Shown one piece after another: positions 32,360 through 43,531 of a stretch of DNA of 64,000 bases. A model generated the notes under the pieces. The model worked only from the letters and a program-made list of their open reading frames with translations, searched no databases and was not told the origin of the DNA. A program made the translations under genes and the position numbers. The stretch covers positions 1,152,001 to 1,216,000 of the forward strand of contig CAVQKE010000004.1 in the NCBI GenBank assembly GCA_963713045.1. The letters are read 5' to 3'. How positions within the stretch are numbered: position 1 is the first letter of the stretch; every line of letters begins with the position of its first letter. The DNA comes from an uncultured delta proteobacterium (GTDB taxonomy: Bacteria > Myxococcota > Myxococcia > Myxococcales > Myxococcaceae).

Positions 32360-35300
32360 ATGGATTCCGTAGAGACTCAGCCACCGCCGGAAGAATCTCC
32401 GCTGAAGAGCGCCGGGCTTGACAAGCGTCGCCAGCGATCTTTATCCGCTTTCATTTGTTATGCGCGCGAATCGGACACCGAATTCAGGAAGAGACTAGAC
32501 GAGACATTGCAGGCGCGCGGGATTGAACCAAAAGGCGATTGGACTTTAACTCCCGGTCCGTCTTACAAGGACCAGCTCGCAACTCTGATTCGGGATTCGG
32601 ATGTCTTCATTGCCATTATTAGCCGACTTTCTGTGGTCTCATCGGAAGTTCGTAGCGAAATCGAGCAAGCGAGCCTCCAGAAAAAGAGATTGTTGCCTGT
32701 CCAGATTGAGGACGGCTTCGACAAAACGGCCCTCCATGAGGCGTTACGGCTCCCCCAGTGGACTCTACTCAGACCCGTCGATGATTTCGAGATCGGCATT
32801 AAGTCTTTAGAGGAGGCGATCAATACAAATTTCGAACTTTTGGTGGTGCATACATGGCTTATCCAACGCGCCAATGATTGGGACGTTAAGCGCCGTCCCA
32901 GTTCAGCATTGCTTTCGGGTCGCGATCTGAAAGAGGCGGAAGATTGGTTGCCCAAAGCAAGCGCGAATCAGCTCGAACTGCCCAACGTAACACCTCTGCA
33001 GGCTGATTTTGTTTTAGCTAGCCAACGTGCACGTACCCGCCGCGCACAATGGCTTGTCGTGGTGACAGCAGTCATAATCTTTGCTCTATGCCTGCTCACG
33101 ATCTACGCATTTAATCAGTCGATTGAAGCCAAGCGGCAGGAAGGAATTGCAAGGGACAATGCCGAAAAAGAAAGAATTGCACGAACGGCGGCCGAAAAGC
33201 AGACACGAATCGCTGATACCAGACGTCTCGCTGTTCAGTCTGCTGCAATTCTGAAACCATTTGCTGTCCGTAGCGTGTTACTCGGCGTTGAGGCGGTGCG
33301 CGAAGAAGAGCGAATACAAGAGACCCGGGTTCCTGACGCCGAGCAATCCTTGAGAGATGCGCTCGCTCTTGTCGGAGGGCTACCGCTCGTGCAAAACAAA
33401 TACTTCAGCAATATTGTAATCAGTTTCGACAACCGCTGGTTGGTCGCCGTAAGTAACACACAAAAACTAGCTTGGCTGTGGGATTTGAGTGCCAAAAATC
33501 CAGTCGTCAGACCCCTGCCAGTCAAAGGAGATGGCATCGGCATCTCTACGGCAATCTTTAGTCCCAACGGACGATGGCTCGTTATTGGCGATGACTACGG
33601 CACGACGCAACTCTGGGATCTGAGTCCGAAGCGCGTGATCGATGGCAGCGTTCTACAACAAGGAAGGGTTGGGTGCATTATCGCTGTGGCTTTCAGCCCA
33701 GACAGCCGTTGGTTAGTAATTGATAGTCATGATGGCACGGCCCGACTATGGGATCTGAGTATTGACGATCCGGTCACCACTCCTTTCCTGCTGCAGGGGT
33801 ATGAAGGATGTATCAGCTCAGATAGTCACTGGATGGTCACCCATGCCAAAGACTCAACCGTACGGCTCTGGGACCTGCTGGCCAAAGATCCAGCCGGCAG
33901 TCCGATTCTACTGCCGGAAGAAGGTAGCCAAGCCGTCGCGATGAGTCCGGACGGCCGCTGGCTCGCTACTGGCGGACCCGATAAGACAGTGCGTCTTTGG
34001 GACTTGAGCGGCAAGGACCCGGCCGCCAAGCCAGTCTTCCTCCAGAGCTATGACATACTCATCGCGACGATCTTCTTTAGCCCGGACGGCCGCTGGCTCG
34101 TTGCAAGTGATGATCACGGTAAAACGAGACTTTTGGATTTGACCTCTAAGGACTTGGCCGTTGCCCGAGTCATCGCGCTGCGCGGTCCCGGTGAAAATCT
34201 TATGAGGGTTGCCTTTAGCCTCGACGGCCGCTGGGTAGCCACTGAGGATGATGGGACCAAAAGTGAGGTTTGGTTGTGGGACTTGAATGCCCAAGACCCT
34301 GCGCTCAGCCCTTTCGTCCTTCGCGGATCTCCCGAGAAAATTAACGATATCAAGTTTAATAGGAATGGCCACTGGCTCATCACCGGTACTGCCGGAGGCT
34401 TGATGCACGAGGTCTGGTTGTGGGATCTTGCTGCCCAGAATCCGGCCGCTTCCCCCGTTGTGTTGCGTGGACACGAGGACAATATCAGTGCCCTAACGCT
34501 CAGTCCGACCGGACGCTGGCTGGTGACCGGCAGCGACGACCGCACAGTGCGACTATGGGATTTGCGGATGAATGATCCGGGCGCCGCCCCGATCGTGTTA
34601 CGGGCACATGAAGGAAGCATCAGGGTCATGGCCCTTAGCTTCGACGATCGGTGGTTGGTGACCTCCAGTTGGGACCAAACGATGCGGTTGTGGGATCTGA
34701 CCGCCCAACAGCCGGGGTCAAGTCCAATTGTGCTACGAAGTGAAGAAAGAGCGTTTTCCGCTTTGCGAGCGGAAGCGACAGCAATTAGTCCAAACGGTCG
34801 ATGGATGGTCACAAGCGATAATTTACTATGGGATTTGAATGCCAAAGAACCGGCCGGCAGCCGCCTTGTCTTGCAGGGCTCCAGTCATAACGTTTTTGCA
34901 CTCGCGATTAGCCAGGATAGCCATTTTCTTGTCGCTGGCGACGGCATGGACGGCACGGTGCGACGGTGGGATCTGAACTCTAAAGATCCGACTGCTAACC
35001 CTCTCATCATGAGTGGGAATGAAAGCCGTATCTTTGCCGTGGCAATCAGTCCAAACGGTCGCTGGCTTGTTACCGGCAGCGACTCTTCCCTGGTCCGGCT
35101 TTGGGATTTGTCTTCAAAAGATCCATTGGCTACCTCCCTCTTGCTGCAGGGTCAGGAAGGAGGCATTCGCGCGCTCGCAATCAGTCCGGACGGCCGCTGG
35201 GTAGCTTCGGGTGGCGCTGAGAACCGAGAGCGTACGGCACGGGTGTGGGACGTTAAGTCCAAGGACCCTAATTCGAGCTCGGTTCTACTGTCTGGTCACG

Positions 35301-35785
35301 ACGGCAAAATCCGCGCGCTCGCAATCAGCCCGAACGACCACTGGCTGCTCACAGGCGCCGACGACCACACAGTCCGGATGTGGGACCTGAGTGCCAAAGA
35401 CCCAAATGCGACCGCAATCGTTTTGCGCGGGCATGAAGAAGGCGTCGAAGCTGTGGCGATTAGCCTGGACAATCGGTGGATCTTGACCGGTAGCGTGGAC
35501 CGTACGGCACGACTGTGGGATCTTAGAACGATGAACCCAGTCGCCGGTTCGATCGTATTAGGCGGTCACGAACTGGGGGTTAAGGCCGTGGCCATTAGCA
35601 TAGACAATAAATGGGCAACCACGTGCGACGCAAACGGCACGATTCGACAATGGCCGCTCCAGCTGAACGACTTGATCAAAATGGCGCAAATTGTGGCCGG
35701 CCGGAATCTCACTAAAGTCGAATCGAATCTTTACTTCCCAGGCGAGCATTACCACCAAACTTTCCCCGACTTGCCGAGTCCATAG
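32360..35785 (+). CDS. TIR domain - TM - WD40 repeat protein (about 17 repeats)
   Basis: AFICYARESD and SSEVRSEIEQA (TIR), TM WLVVVTAVIIFALCLLTIYAF, repeated SPDGRWL...RLWDL. Confidence 0.92.
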   Translation: MDSVETQPPPEESPLKSAGLDKRRQRSLSAFICYARESDTEFRKRLDETLQARGIEPKGDWTLTPGPSYKDQLATLIRDSDVFIAIISRLSVVSSEVRSEIEQASLQKKRLLPVQIEDGFDKTALHEALRLPQWTLLRPVDDFEIGIKSLEEAINTNFELLVVHTWLIQRANDWDVKRRPSSALLSGRDLKEAEDWLPKASANQLELPNVTPLQADFVLASQRARTRRAQWLVVVTAVIIFALCLLTIYAFNQSIEAKRQEGIARDNAEKERIARTAAEKQTRIADTRRLAVQSAAILKPFAVRSVLLGVEAVREEERIQETRVPDAEQSLRDALALVGGLPLVQNKYFSNIVISFDNRWLVAVSNTQKLAWLWDLSAKNPVVRPLPVKGDGIGISTAIFSPNGRWLVIGDDYGTTQLWDLSPKRVIDGSVLQQGRVGCIIAVAFSPDSRWLVIDSHDGTARLWDLSIDDPVTTPFLLQGYEGCISSDSHWMVTHAKDSTVRLWDLLAKDPAGSPILLPEEGSQAVAMSPDGRWLATGGPDKTVRLWDLSGKDPAAKPVFLQSYDILIATIFFSPDGRWLVASDDHGKTRLLDLTSKDLAVARVIALRGPGENLMRVAFSLDGRWVATEDDGTKSEVWLWDLNAQDPALSPFVLRGSPEKINDIKFNRNGHWLITGTAGGLMHEVWLWDLAAQNPAASPVVLRGHEDNISALTLSPTGRWLVTGSDDRTVRLWDLRMNDPGAAPIVLRAHEGSIRVMALSFDDRWLVTSSWDQTMRLWDLTAQQPGSSPIVLRSEERAFSALRAEATAISPNGRWMVTSDNLLWDLNAKEPAGSRLVLQGSSHNVFALAISQDSHFLVAGDGMDGTVRRWDLNSKDPTANPLIMSGNESRIFAVAISPNGRWLVTGSDSSLVRLWDLSSKDPLATSLLLQGQEGGIRALAISPDGRWVASGGAENRERTARVWDVKSKDPNSSSVLLSGHDGKIRALAISPNDHWLLTGADDHTVRMWDLSAKDPNATAIVLRGHEEGVEAVAISLDNRWILTGSVDRTARLWDLRTMNPVAGSIVLGGHELGVKAVAISIDNKWATTCDANGTIRQWPLQLNDLIKMAQIVAGRNLTKVESNLYFPGEHYHQTFPDLPSP

Positions 35786-35925
35786 GATAATCCAACAACA
35801 ACGTTCGCGTACTGAACGCGGGACTGTAGGCCGATACGACGACCCACATGATCCAACGGCTTGACACCTCGATCCCGAACGGGACGAAGGTTGTCGTCCT
35901 GGATATGGGAGGAGGCTTTTTCAAC

Positions 35926-36360
35926 GGGCCTGAAGTCCTCCTGGCTGCGAAAACATACGCTAACGAACCCCCTAAAATCCGCTCTTACCGTCGACTTTTG
36001 CATTTTCGAGGGCCGAAGCTCGGTTTCGGCAAAAACAATGCGTAGATGTAAGGCGTAGAATAGCCAATCTACGAACAGTTCGGCTGACTAGTGGGTCTAT
36101 TCTACGCCAAGTTTGAGCCTCTAACGCGGGGGTCTACATTGCGTAGAATACGGCACGGGTGGGGTACCTCATGGGAGCGGTGAGCTGGCAGGTGTGGTCG
36201 CGGCTTCACTGGCCAATTACGATTTGGTGGTGCTGACCGCGTGCGCTTATCGCCACGTGATTCCGAACGGGACCTACCACTTCCCCCGAGCTATCGAGGG
36301 GGACAACTTGTCGTAGAATACGCTACCGTATGTTTTCGCAGCCAGGAGGACTTCGGGCCT
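35926..36360. mobile_element. Tn3-family-like MITE (435 bp) with res-like internal repeats
   Basis: 39-bp IRs matching 35/39 (GGGCCTGAAGTCCTCCTGGCTGCGAAAACATACGCTAAC); internal CGTAGAATA/TATTCTACG repeats; no TSD seen. Confidence 0.75.
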
Positions 36361-36389
36361 GTAGCGCGAGAGCGCCAAAAAGTCGGGGG

Positions 36390-37817
36390 TCAAGCCGCCT
36401 TCCGCTCTGGCTCCTGCGTTTGTGGTTGCGACCTGAATTTTGGATACCAACGGCGGAATAGGTCGTCCAGATCCTCGTTGAGGACCCTCGTCCTGGTCTG
36501 CAGCAAAAGATGGGCCCCGCGCAGCGTCCATTGCATCTGCTGTTTTTTGACGAATCGTCTGCTGACCACTTGATTGATCGTCGACTCCACGAATGCCGTT
36601 GAAATCGTTTCCCCTTGCCGTCGACGCTCGCCGAAGTTCGGGATGAACTCGCGGTTATTGCAGATGTATGTTCTAAAGTCATCGAGGCCGTCGACGACCT
36701 TCTTCGCAGCGTTCGACCGGGCCTCAATCAAACTCAACTCCATTAACAAGTCGCCCAGCCGCTCGAGGGCTTCCTCGGTGTTCCCGTGCCAAAGCAGATG
36801 CTTGAGGCTCTCCAAGCGCTTGGATACCTCAGCGCCGGTCTCTGGCCGTTCCTCCTGCAAGGCCTTTGTCTGCTGCTGCAACACCGTCAGCCGCATGGTA
36901 ATGTGAAACCAATCGATTAGATGCTCGCTAAAGGGATGCAGATACTCTTGCACCCGACGGACATTCTCACCGCCATCCGACATGAACACCACCTGCTGAT
37001 TCTCTTGCATCCCTTGCGACTTCATCAGCTCCCACAATCGCCGTCGCGGTTTCTCGTCGTAGGTTTGAACGAACCCGAAACACTTCGCCGAGGGTACTTC
37101 GCCCTCATCGTCCCGCCGAAAAGCGACGACGCTTTTGCCCGCGATCACTTCGAACCATCCCTGCTTATGCGCCGCTCTAACGTAACCGCCGTCGATACCC
37201 ACCGTGATCGGACCATCGGGTAGAGGCTGTCGTTCCCACTCCTGTTCCGAGCCCTCGAACCGATTAAGTTGGCGCTCCTCACCCAACTCCTGTTCGATGC
37301 GTTCTGCCGTCAGTTGCAGATGGTTTCGGACGGTCTCCGCATTCACCAAATCACCGACCGGCAACACTTCCTTCAGCAAATCCGTCGCTCTTGCAAACGG
37401 GATCAAGGATGCCCACTTCGTCTCCAGATATAGCATTTCTGGGCTGGTTTGGCCGTTGAGCCAGCTCCTCATTGGACGGAACGTCTGGGGACCCTCCGTC
37501 TGGCAGCCGCATCGGTTCCATCGCGGATTGGGCACCTCAACTCGGCCGAATACCGTGCTAACTGGGGTGCTGCCGGAGTCCTTGGTCGTGTACCGCCTGC
37601 GGCAGCGTGGACAAGCACGTCGTTGCTCCAACTCTTCGCGTGCCTGTTGGGCGACTACAAAATCCTGCACGCCTGCCAACAACGCTTTGCCCTCGGTCAA
37701 ATTCACGCCAAGCGTTTCCATCGCCAGTTCCCGCCGCTCAATCGTCAGGACCTGCCGGCGTTGTTCCTCGCCGTCGGCGTTTAGGCAAACGACCTCCACC
37801 CGGACCTTCATGGCCAC
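36390..37817 (-). CDS. ISKra4-family transposase
   Basis: VGIDGGYV, FMSDGG, IDWFHI and ISTAFVESTINQVV. Confidence 0.92.
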   Translation of the reverse strand: MAMKVRVEVVCLNADGEEQRRQVLTIERRELAMETLGVNLTEGKALLAGVQDFVVAQQAREELEQRRACPRCRRRYTTKDSGSTPVSTVFGRVEVPNPRWNRCGCQTEGPQTFRPMRSWLNGQTSPEMLYLETKWASLIPFARATDLLKEVLPVGDLVNAETVRNHLQLTAERIEQELGEERQLNRFEGSEQEWERQPLPDGPITVGIDGGYVRAAHKQGWFEVIAGKSVVAFRRDDEGEVPSAKCFGFVQTYDEKPRRRLWELMKSQGMQENQQVVFMSDGGENVRRVQEYLHPFSEHLIDWFHITMRLTVLQQQTKALQEERPETGAEVSKRLESLKHLLWHGNTEEALERLGDLLMELSLIEARSNAAKKVVDGLDDFRTYICNNREFIPNFGERRRQGETISTAFVESTINQVVSRRFVKKQQMQWTLRGAHLLLQTRTRVLNEDLDDLFRRWYPKFRSQPQTQEPERKAA

Positions 37818-38476
37818 AACCTCCAGCGCTGTGCCAACTCACTCAAACGCGCGTTGGCCTCTTTCAGGCTGAACCGATCAGGTTGCAGAGGTCCGAGTTC
37901 GTGCAGTCTTCGATCGATGCTCTCAAAGCCCTCGTCCAGCACGGTGCGGAGCAGATCCCAGGTCCGTGCCGATTGACCCGGGCAAGCCTCGGCCAACATC
38001 TGAACACCAGCCTCCAGCCGGACGGGATCGGACATTGCGACGCCCTCTCGTTGCCGCTTCAGCATTAGACGGTAGCCGGTTGGACCCCCGCAAAATTCCG
38101 GGGGCGCAGCGCCTCGGCCGCCTAAACACACCGGCGCGTGGTCGCCTTCGACCCCCTCCTGAATATCCAAGACCCGAACGTCCCACTCCCACATGTGCAG
38201 GGTGTCGCAGACGTAGAGGAACTTCTCCTGCCGGTGCAGCTTAAACTCGTGCAGCGCTTTCGACCGCGTCTTCCGCCGGAAGCTATTAATTTCCTGACCG
38301 TGTACACGAACGATGTAGCCCAGATCGCCGTTCCACCCGAGAATCGTGCGGAACACGTCGTGAAATTGGTGGAGCGGCATCTGATCGGCGACCGAGACCA
38401 GGCGGATGACCATCGGGCTCACTTGGCGCAGAACCGCTCGCAGAATCAAGCGTTTGAAGGAGGGTGTTTTAACCAT
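37808..38476 (-). CDS. pRiA4b ORF-3 family accessory protein
   Basis: VSPMVIRLVSV and CLGGRGAAPPEFCGGPTGY. Confidence 0.8.
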   Translation of the reverse strand: MVKTPSFKRLILRAVLRQVSPMVIRLVSVADQMPLHQFHDVFRTILGWNGDLGYIVRVHGQEINSFRRKTRSKALHEFKLHRQEKFLYVCDTLHMWEWDVRVLDIQEGVEGDHAPVCLGGRGAAPPEFCGGPTGYRLMLKRQREGVAMSDPVRLEAGVQMLAEACPGQSARTWDLLRTVLDEGFESIDRRLHELGPLQPDRFSLKEANARLSELAQRWRLWP

Positions 38477-38524
38477 CTCTCCAGACTACTCGGATCGCCC
38501 GACCCCCGACTTTTTGGCGCTCTC

Positions 38525-38786
38525 CTACTTGTACGCCAAAGCCAGCGGCGAAGTTGGGTAGTTGCCGATCAGCGGGAAACAATGCCAAGGGCATGGTCCG
38601 TTCGCGATTCTCATCGAAGATTTCAATCGTTCGGCACCAGCTTTCGTGCTGAGTATCGTTGATCTCTCCAAGGTAAAGCACTTGCCGTTGGACAACCTTG
38701 CCACGCCCGCAACGCCGATTCTCTACCACGCTCCAATAGCGATGCCCTTTGCCATCTTTGATCCGTGCGTGGCACCTTAAAAACAT
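38525..38786 (-). pseudogene. IS1634-family transposase 5' fragment interrupted by ISKra4
   Basis: MFLRCHARIKDGKGHRYWSVVENRR...VVQRQVLYLGEIND. Confidence 0.8.
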
Positions 38787-39016
38787 TACGGCTACCGATC
38801 TTACTCTTAATCTTCCTGCTGTGAAGAGACTTGGTCTGCACTACAGGCATTTTGCAGAACCCGTTCCTTTATTTAAGCGCCTCGGCGGCCGATCCTGCCC
38901 AAAAAATAGCGCATTTTGGCGTCGAGTTGAGAAAGTCGGGCTAATATTGCCTCTCCTCCTCCGCCCCAGGTCGGTCCAGGGTGACCGGCAAGTTGCAATC
39001 AGAGTTAGGACTAAGT

Positions 39017-40072
<1,056 letters not shown>

Positions 40073-40276
40073 CTATGCTTGAGTGTTATCCAGGAGAGAC
40101 AAGCTTTCGCTGCGTCGAGCGGGAGCCATTGGGCAGCTCAGGTGTTAAGTCTTTGCCGTAGCGGAAAGTGCACCCAGAAGAGCGCGCAGAGAGCGGTCCA
40201 GGGCGTTACGTTTCCAGACGATGAACAAGGAGAGCACCAAAAAGTCGGGGTAGGGCGATCCGAGTAGTCTGGAGAG

Positions 40277-40946
40277 ATGGTTAAAACACCCTCCTTCAAA
40301 CGCTTGATTCTGCGAGCGGTTCTGCGCCAAGTGAGCCCGATGGTGATCCGCTTAGTCTCGGTCTCCGATCAGATGCCGCTCCACGAATTTCACGACGTGT
40401 TCCGCACGATTCTCGGGTGGAACGGCGATCTGGGCTACATCGTTCGTGTGCACGGTCAGGAAATTAATAGCTTCCGGCGGAAAACGCGGTCGAAAGCACT
40501 GCACGAGTTTAAGCTACACCGGCAGGAGAAGTTCCTCTACGTCTGCGACACCCTGCACATGTGGGAGTGGGACGTTCGGGTCTTGGATATTCAGGAGGGG
40601 GTCGAAGGCAACCACGCGCCGGTGTGTGTGGGCGGCCGCGGCGCTGCGCCCCCGGAGTGTTGCGGAGGTCCAACCGGCTACCGTCTAATGCTGAAGCGGC
40701 AACGAGAGGGCGCCGCAATGTCCGATCCCGCCCGACTGGAGGCTGGTGTTCAGATGTTGGCCGAGGCCTGTCCGGGTCAATCGGCACGGACCTGGGATCT
40801 GCTCCGCACCGTGCTGGACGAAGGGCTTTGAGAGCATCGATCGAAGACTGCACGAACTCGGACCTCTGCAACCAGATCGGTTCAGCCTGAAAGAGGCCAA
40901 CGCGCGTTTGAGTGAGTTGACACAGCGCTGGAGGTTGTGGCCATGA
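40277..40946 (+). CDS. pRiA4b ORF-3 family accessory protein (+1 frameshift near 40821)
   Basis: Matches 37808..38476 except for an extra A in GACGAAGGG. Confidence 0.8.
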
Positions 40947-42364
40947 AGGTCAGGGTGGAGGTCGTTAGCCTAAACGCCGACGGCAACGAACAACGCCGGC
41001 AGGTCCTGACGATCGAGCGGCGGGAACTGGCGATGGAAACGCTTGGCGTGAATTTGACCGAGGGCAAAGCGTTGTTGGCAGGCGTGCAGGATTTTGTAGT
41101 CGCCCAACAGGCACGCGAAGAGTTGGAGCAACGACGTGCTTGTCCACACTGCCGCAGGCGCTACACGACGAAGGACTCCGGCAGCACCCCAGTTAGCACG
41201 GTATTCGGCCGAGTTGAGGTGCTCAATCCGCGATGGAACCGATGCGGCTGCCAGACGGAGGGTCCTCAGACGTTCCGTCCAATGAGGAGCTGGCTGAACG
41301 GGCAAACCAGCCCAGAAATGCTATATCTGGAGACGAAGTGGGCATCCTTGATCCCGTTTGCAAGAGCGACGGATTTGCTGAAGGAAGTGTTGCCGGTCGG
41401 TGATTTGGTGAATGCGGAGACCGTCCGAAACCATCTGCACTTGACAGCAGAACGTATCGAGCAGGAATTGGGTGAGGAGCGCCAAGTTAATCGGTTCGAG
41501 GGCTCGGAACAGGAGTGGGAACGACAGCCTCTACCCGATGGTCCGATCACGGTGGGTATCGACGGCGGTTACGTTAGAGCGGCGCATAAGCAAGGATGGT
41601 TCGAAGTGATCGCGGGCAAAAGCGTCGTCGCTTTTCGGCGAGACGATGAGGGCGAAGTACCCTCGGCGAAGTGTTTCGGGTTCGTTCAAACCTACGACGA
41701 GAAACCGCGACGGCGATTGTGGGAGCTGATGAAGTCGCAAGGGATGCAAGAGAATCAGCAGGTGGTGTTCATGTCGGATGGCGGTGAGAATGTCCGTCGG
41801 GTGCAAGAGTATCTGCATCCCTTTAGCGAGCATCTAATCGATTGGTTTCACATTACCATGCGGCTGACGGTGTTGCAGCAGCAGACAAAGGCCTTGCAGG
41901 AGGAACGGCCAGAGACCGGCCCCGAGGTGTCCAAGCGCTTGGAGAGCCTCAAGCATCTGCTTTGGCACGGGAACACCGAGGAAGCCCTCGAGCGGCTGGG
42001 CGACTTGTTAATGGAGTTGAGTTTGATTGAGGCCCGTTCGAACGCTGCGAAGAAGGTCGTCGAGGGCCTCGATGACTTTAGAACTTACATCTGCAATAAC
42101 CGCGAGTTCATCCCGAACTTCGGCGAGCGTCGACGGCAAGGGGAAACGATTAGCACGGCATTCGTGGAGTCGACGATCAATCAAGTGGTCAGCAGACGAT
42201 TCGTCAAAAAACAGCAGATGCAATGGACGCTACGCGGGGCGCATCTTTTGCTACAGACAAGGACGAGGGTCCTCAACGAGGATCTGGATGACCTATTCCG
42301 CCGTTGGTACCCAAAATTCAGGTCGCAACCACAAACGCAGGAGCCAGAGCGGAAGGCGGCTTGA
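40937..42364 (+). CDS. ISKra4-family transposase
   Basis: 475 aa with few substitutions relative to copy 1. Confidence 0.92.
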   Translation: MAMKVRVEVVSLNADGNEQRRQVLTIERRELAMETLGVNLTEGKALLAGVQDFVVAQQAREELEQRRACPHCRRRYTTKDSGSTPVSTVFGRVEVLNPRWNRCGCQTEGPQTFRPMRSWLNGQTSPEMLYLETKWASLIPFARATDLLKEVLPVGDLVNAETVRNHLHLTAERIEQELGEERQVNRFEGSEQEWERQPLPDGPITVGIDGGYVRAAHKQGWFEVIAGKSVVAFRRDDEGEVPSAKCFGFVQTYDEKPRRRLWELMKSQGMQENQQVVFMSDGGENVRRVQEYLHPFSEHLIDWFHITMRLTVLQQQTKALQEERPETGPEVSKRLESLKHLLWHGNTEEALERLGDLLMELSLIEARSNAAKKVVEGLDDFRTYICNNREFIPNFGERRRQGETISTAFVESTINQVVSRRFVKKQQMQWTLRGAHLLLQTRTRVLNEDLDDLFRRWYPKFRSQPQTQEPERKAA

Positions 42365-42701
42365 CCCCCGACTTTTTGGCGCTCTCCTCATATCGGTCTC
42401 TGAGAACGCCTTGATGGCAAAGTACGCGGCGGGAAAGCCGGTTAGCATGTCTTGGTTCCCAGGGCGAGCACGAGAAGCGCGTCGGCCAGCGCGACGCGAA
42501 CTGGACAGACTGGTATGCCGCTTATATGGTGCCGGAGCAGTCAGGCAAACAGTTGCCTCAATAAACAACTAGGACCTCTGGGGTAGTTGTTCCTACCAAG
42601 CAAACAATTACAACTGACAACCCCTTAGCACGCTATCCTCATCGACCATCAATGACTCATAACAAGGCACCATCACGATAAACACACCATTTACCGAAAA
42701 A

Positions 42702-43433
42702 GTGATCCTAATCACCGGAGGAACCTCCGGCATCGGCCGGGCCACCGCGATCGCGTTTGCGGAACGTGGCGCGAACGTCGTTGTCGCGGGCCGGCGCGAA
42801 GCCGAAGGAGCTGAATCGGTTGCGCTCATTCAAAAAGCAGGTGGAAACGGGGTGTTTGTGCGCACTGATGTGAATATCGAATCGGAGATTGCCGCGTTGG
42901 TGGCTCGGGCCTTAGAACATTTCGGTAGGCTGGATTTTGCGTTTAATAATGCAGGAGTCGGCGGAGAAGGGCGTGGCACCATCACCGCTACCGAGGAGAT
43001 TTACGAACAGATCATGAACATCAATGTTCGCAGTGTCTTTTTCTGCATGAAACATCAGATCCCGGCAATCCTCCAATCCGGCGGCGGCGCAATCGTGAAC
43101 AACGCCTCGATACTCGGGCTGCGCCCACGGGCTGGTTCGCCCATCTACAGCGCTAGTAAAGCTGCTGTTATCGCTCTCACGAAATCGGTCGCGCTCGAAT
43201 TTGCTCCAAAAGGTGTTCGAGTGAACGCAGTATGCGCAGCCATCATTGAAACCGATATGACCGGGAAATTGCGGAGCGATGAAGAGACGCGTCGCGCCCT
43301 GCTCGAACTCCACCCGGTGGGCCGGTTCGGTACATCGGAAGAAGTAGCGGCGGCTGTTCTTTACCTTTGTTCCCCAGAAGCAGCATTCCTTACGGGGGTT
43401 GCTCTGCCCATAGACGGCGGTTGGGGGCTTTAG
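42702..43433 (+). CDS. SDR-family oxidoreductase (start uncertain)
   Basis: TGGTSGIG, NNAG, YSASK and IDGG. Confidence 0.93.
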   Translation: MILITGGTSGIGRATAIAFAERGANVVVAGRREAEGAESVALIQKAGGNGVFVRTDVNIESEIAALVARALEHFGRLDFAFNNAGVGGEGRGTITATEEIYEQIMNINVRSVFFCMKHQIPAILQSGGGAIVNNASILGLRPRAGSPIYSASKAAVIALTKSVALEFAPKGVRVNAVCAAIIETDMTGKLRSDEETRRALLELHPVGRFGTSEEVAAAVLYLCSPEAAFLTGVALPIDGGWGL

Positions 43434-43531
43434 AAGCTGGCGGTAGCAGCTTACTCAGCGTCTATCCCTCGAGAGAAAAGTCAAAAATCCCGCACTCCAC
43501 CATAGCGAAATGCTTTTCAAGGAGATTCTGT

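Larger units (their letters stand above)
36368..38524 (-). mobile_element. ISKra4-family element, copy 1 (2157 bp)
   Basis: Perfect 24-bp IRs GAGAGCGCCAAAAAGTCGGGGGTC enclosing ORF3-like gene and transposase. Confidence 0.92.
40230..42386 (+). mobile_element. ISKra4-family element, copy 2 (2157 bp)
   Basis: IRs at 40230 and ending 42386; near-identical inverted copy of 36368-38524. Confidence 0.92.

Noticed and set aside
31459..32372. Genes between the resolvase relic and TIR-WD40
   Set aside because: Competing ORFs on both strands with no motif or RBS support; cannot call
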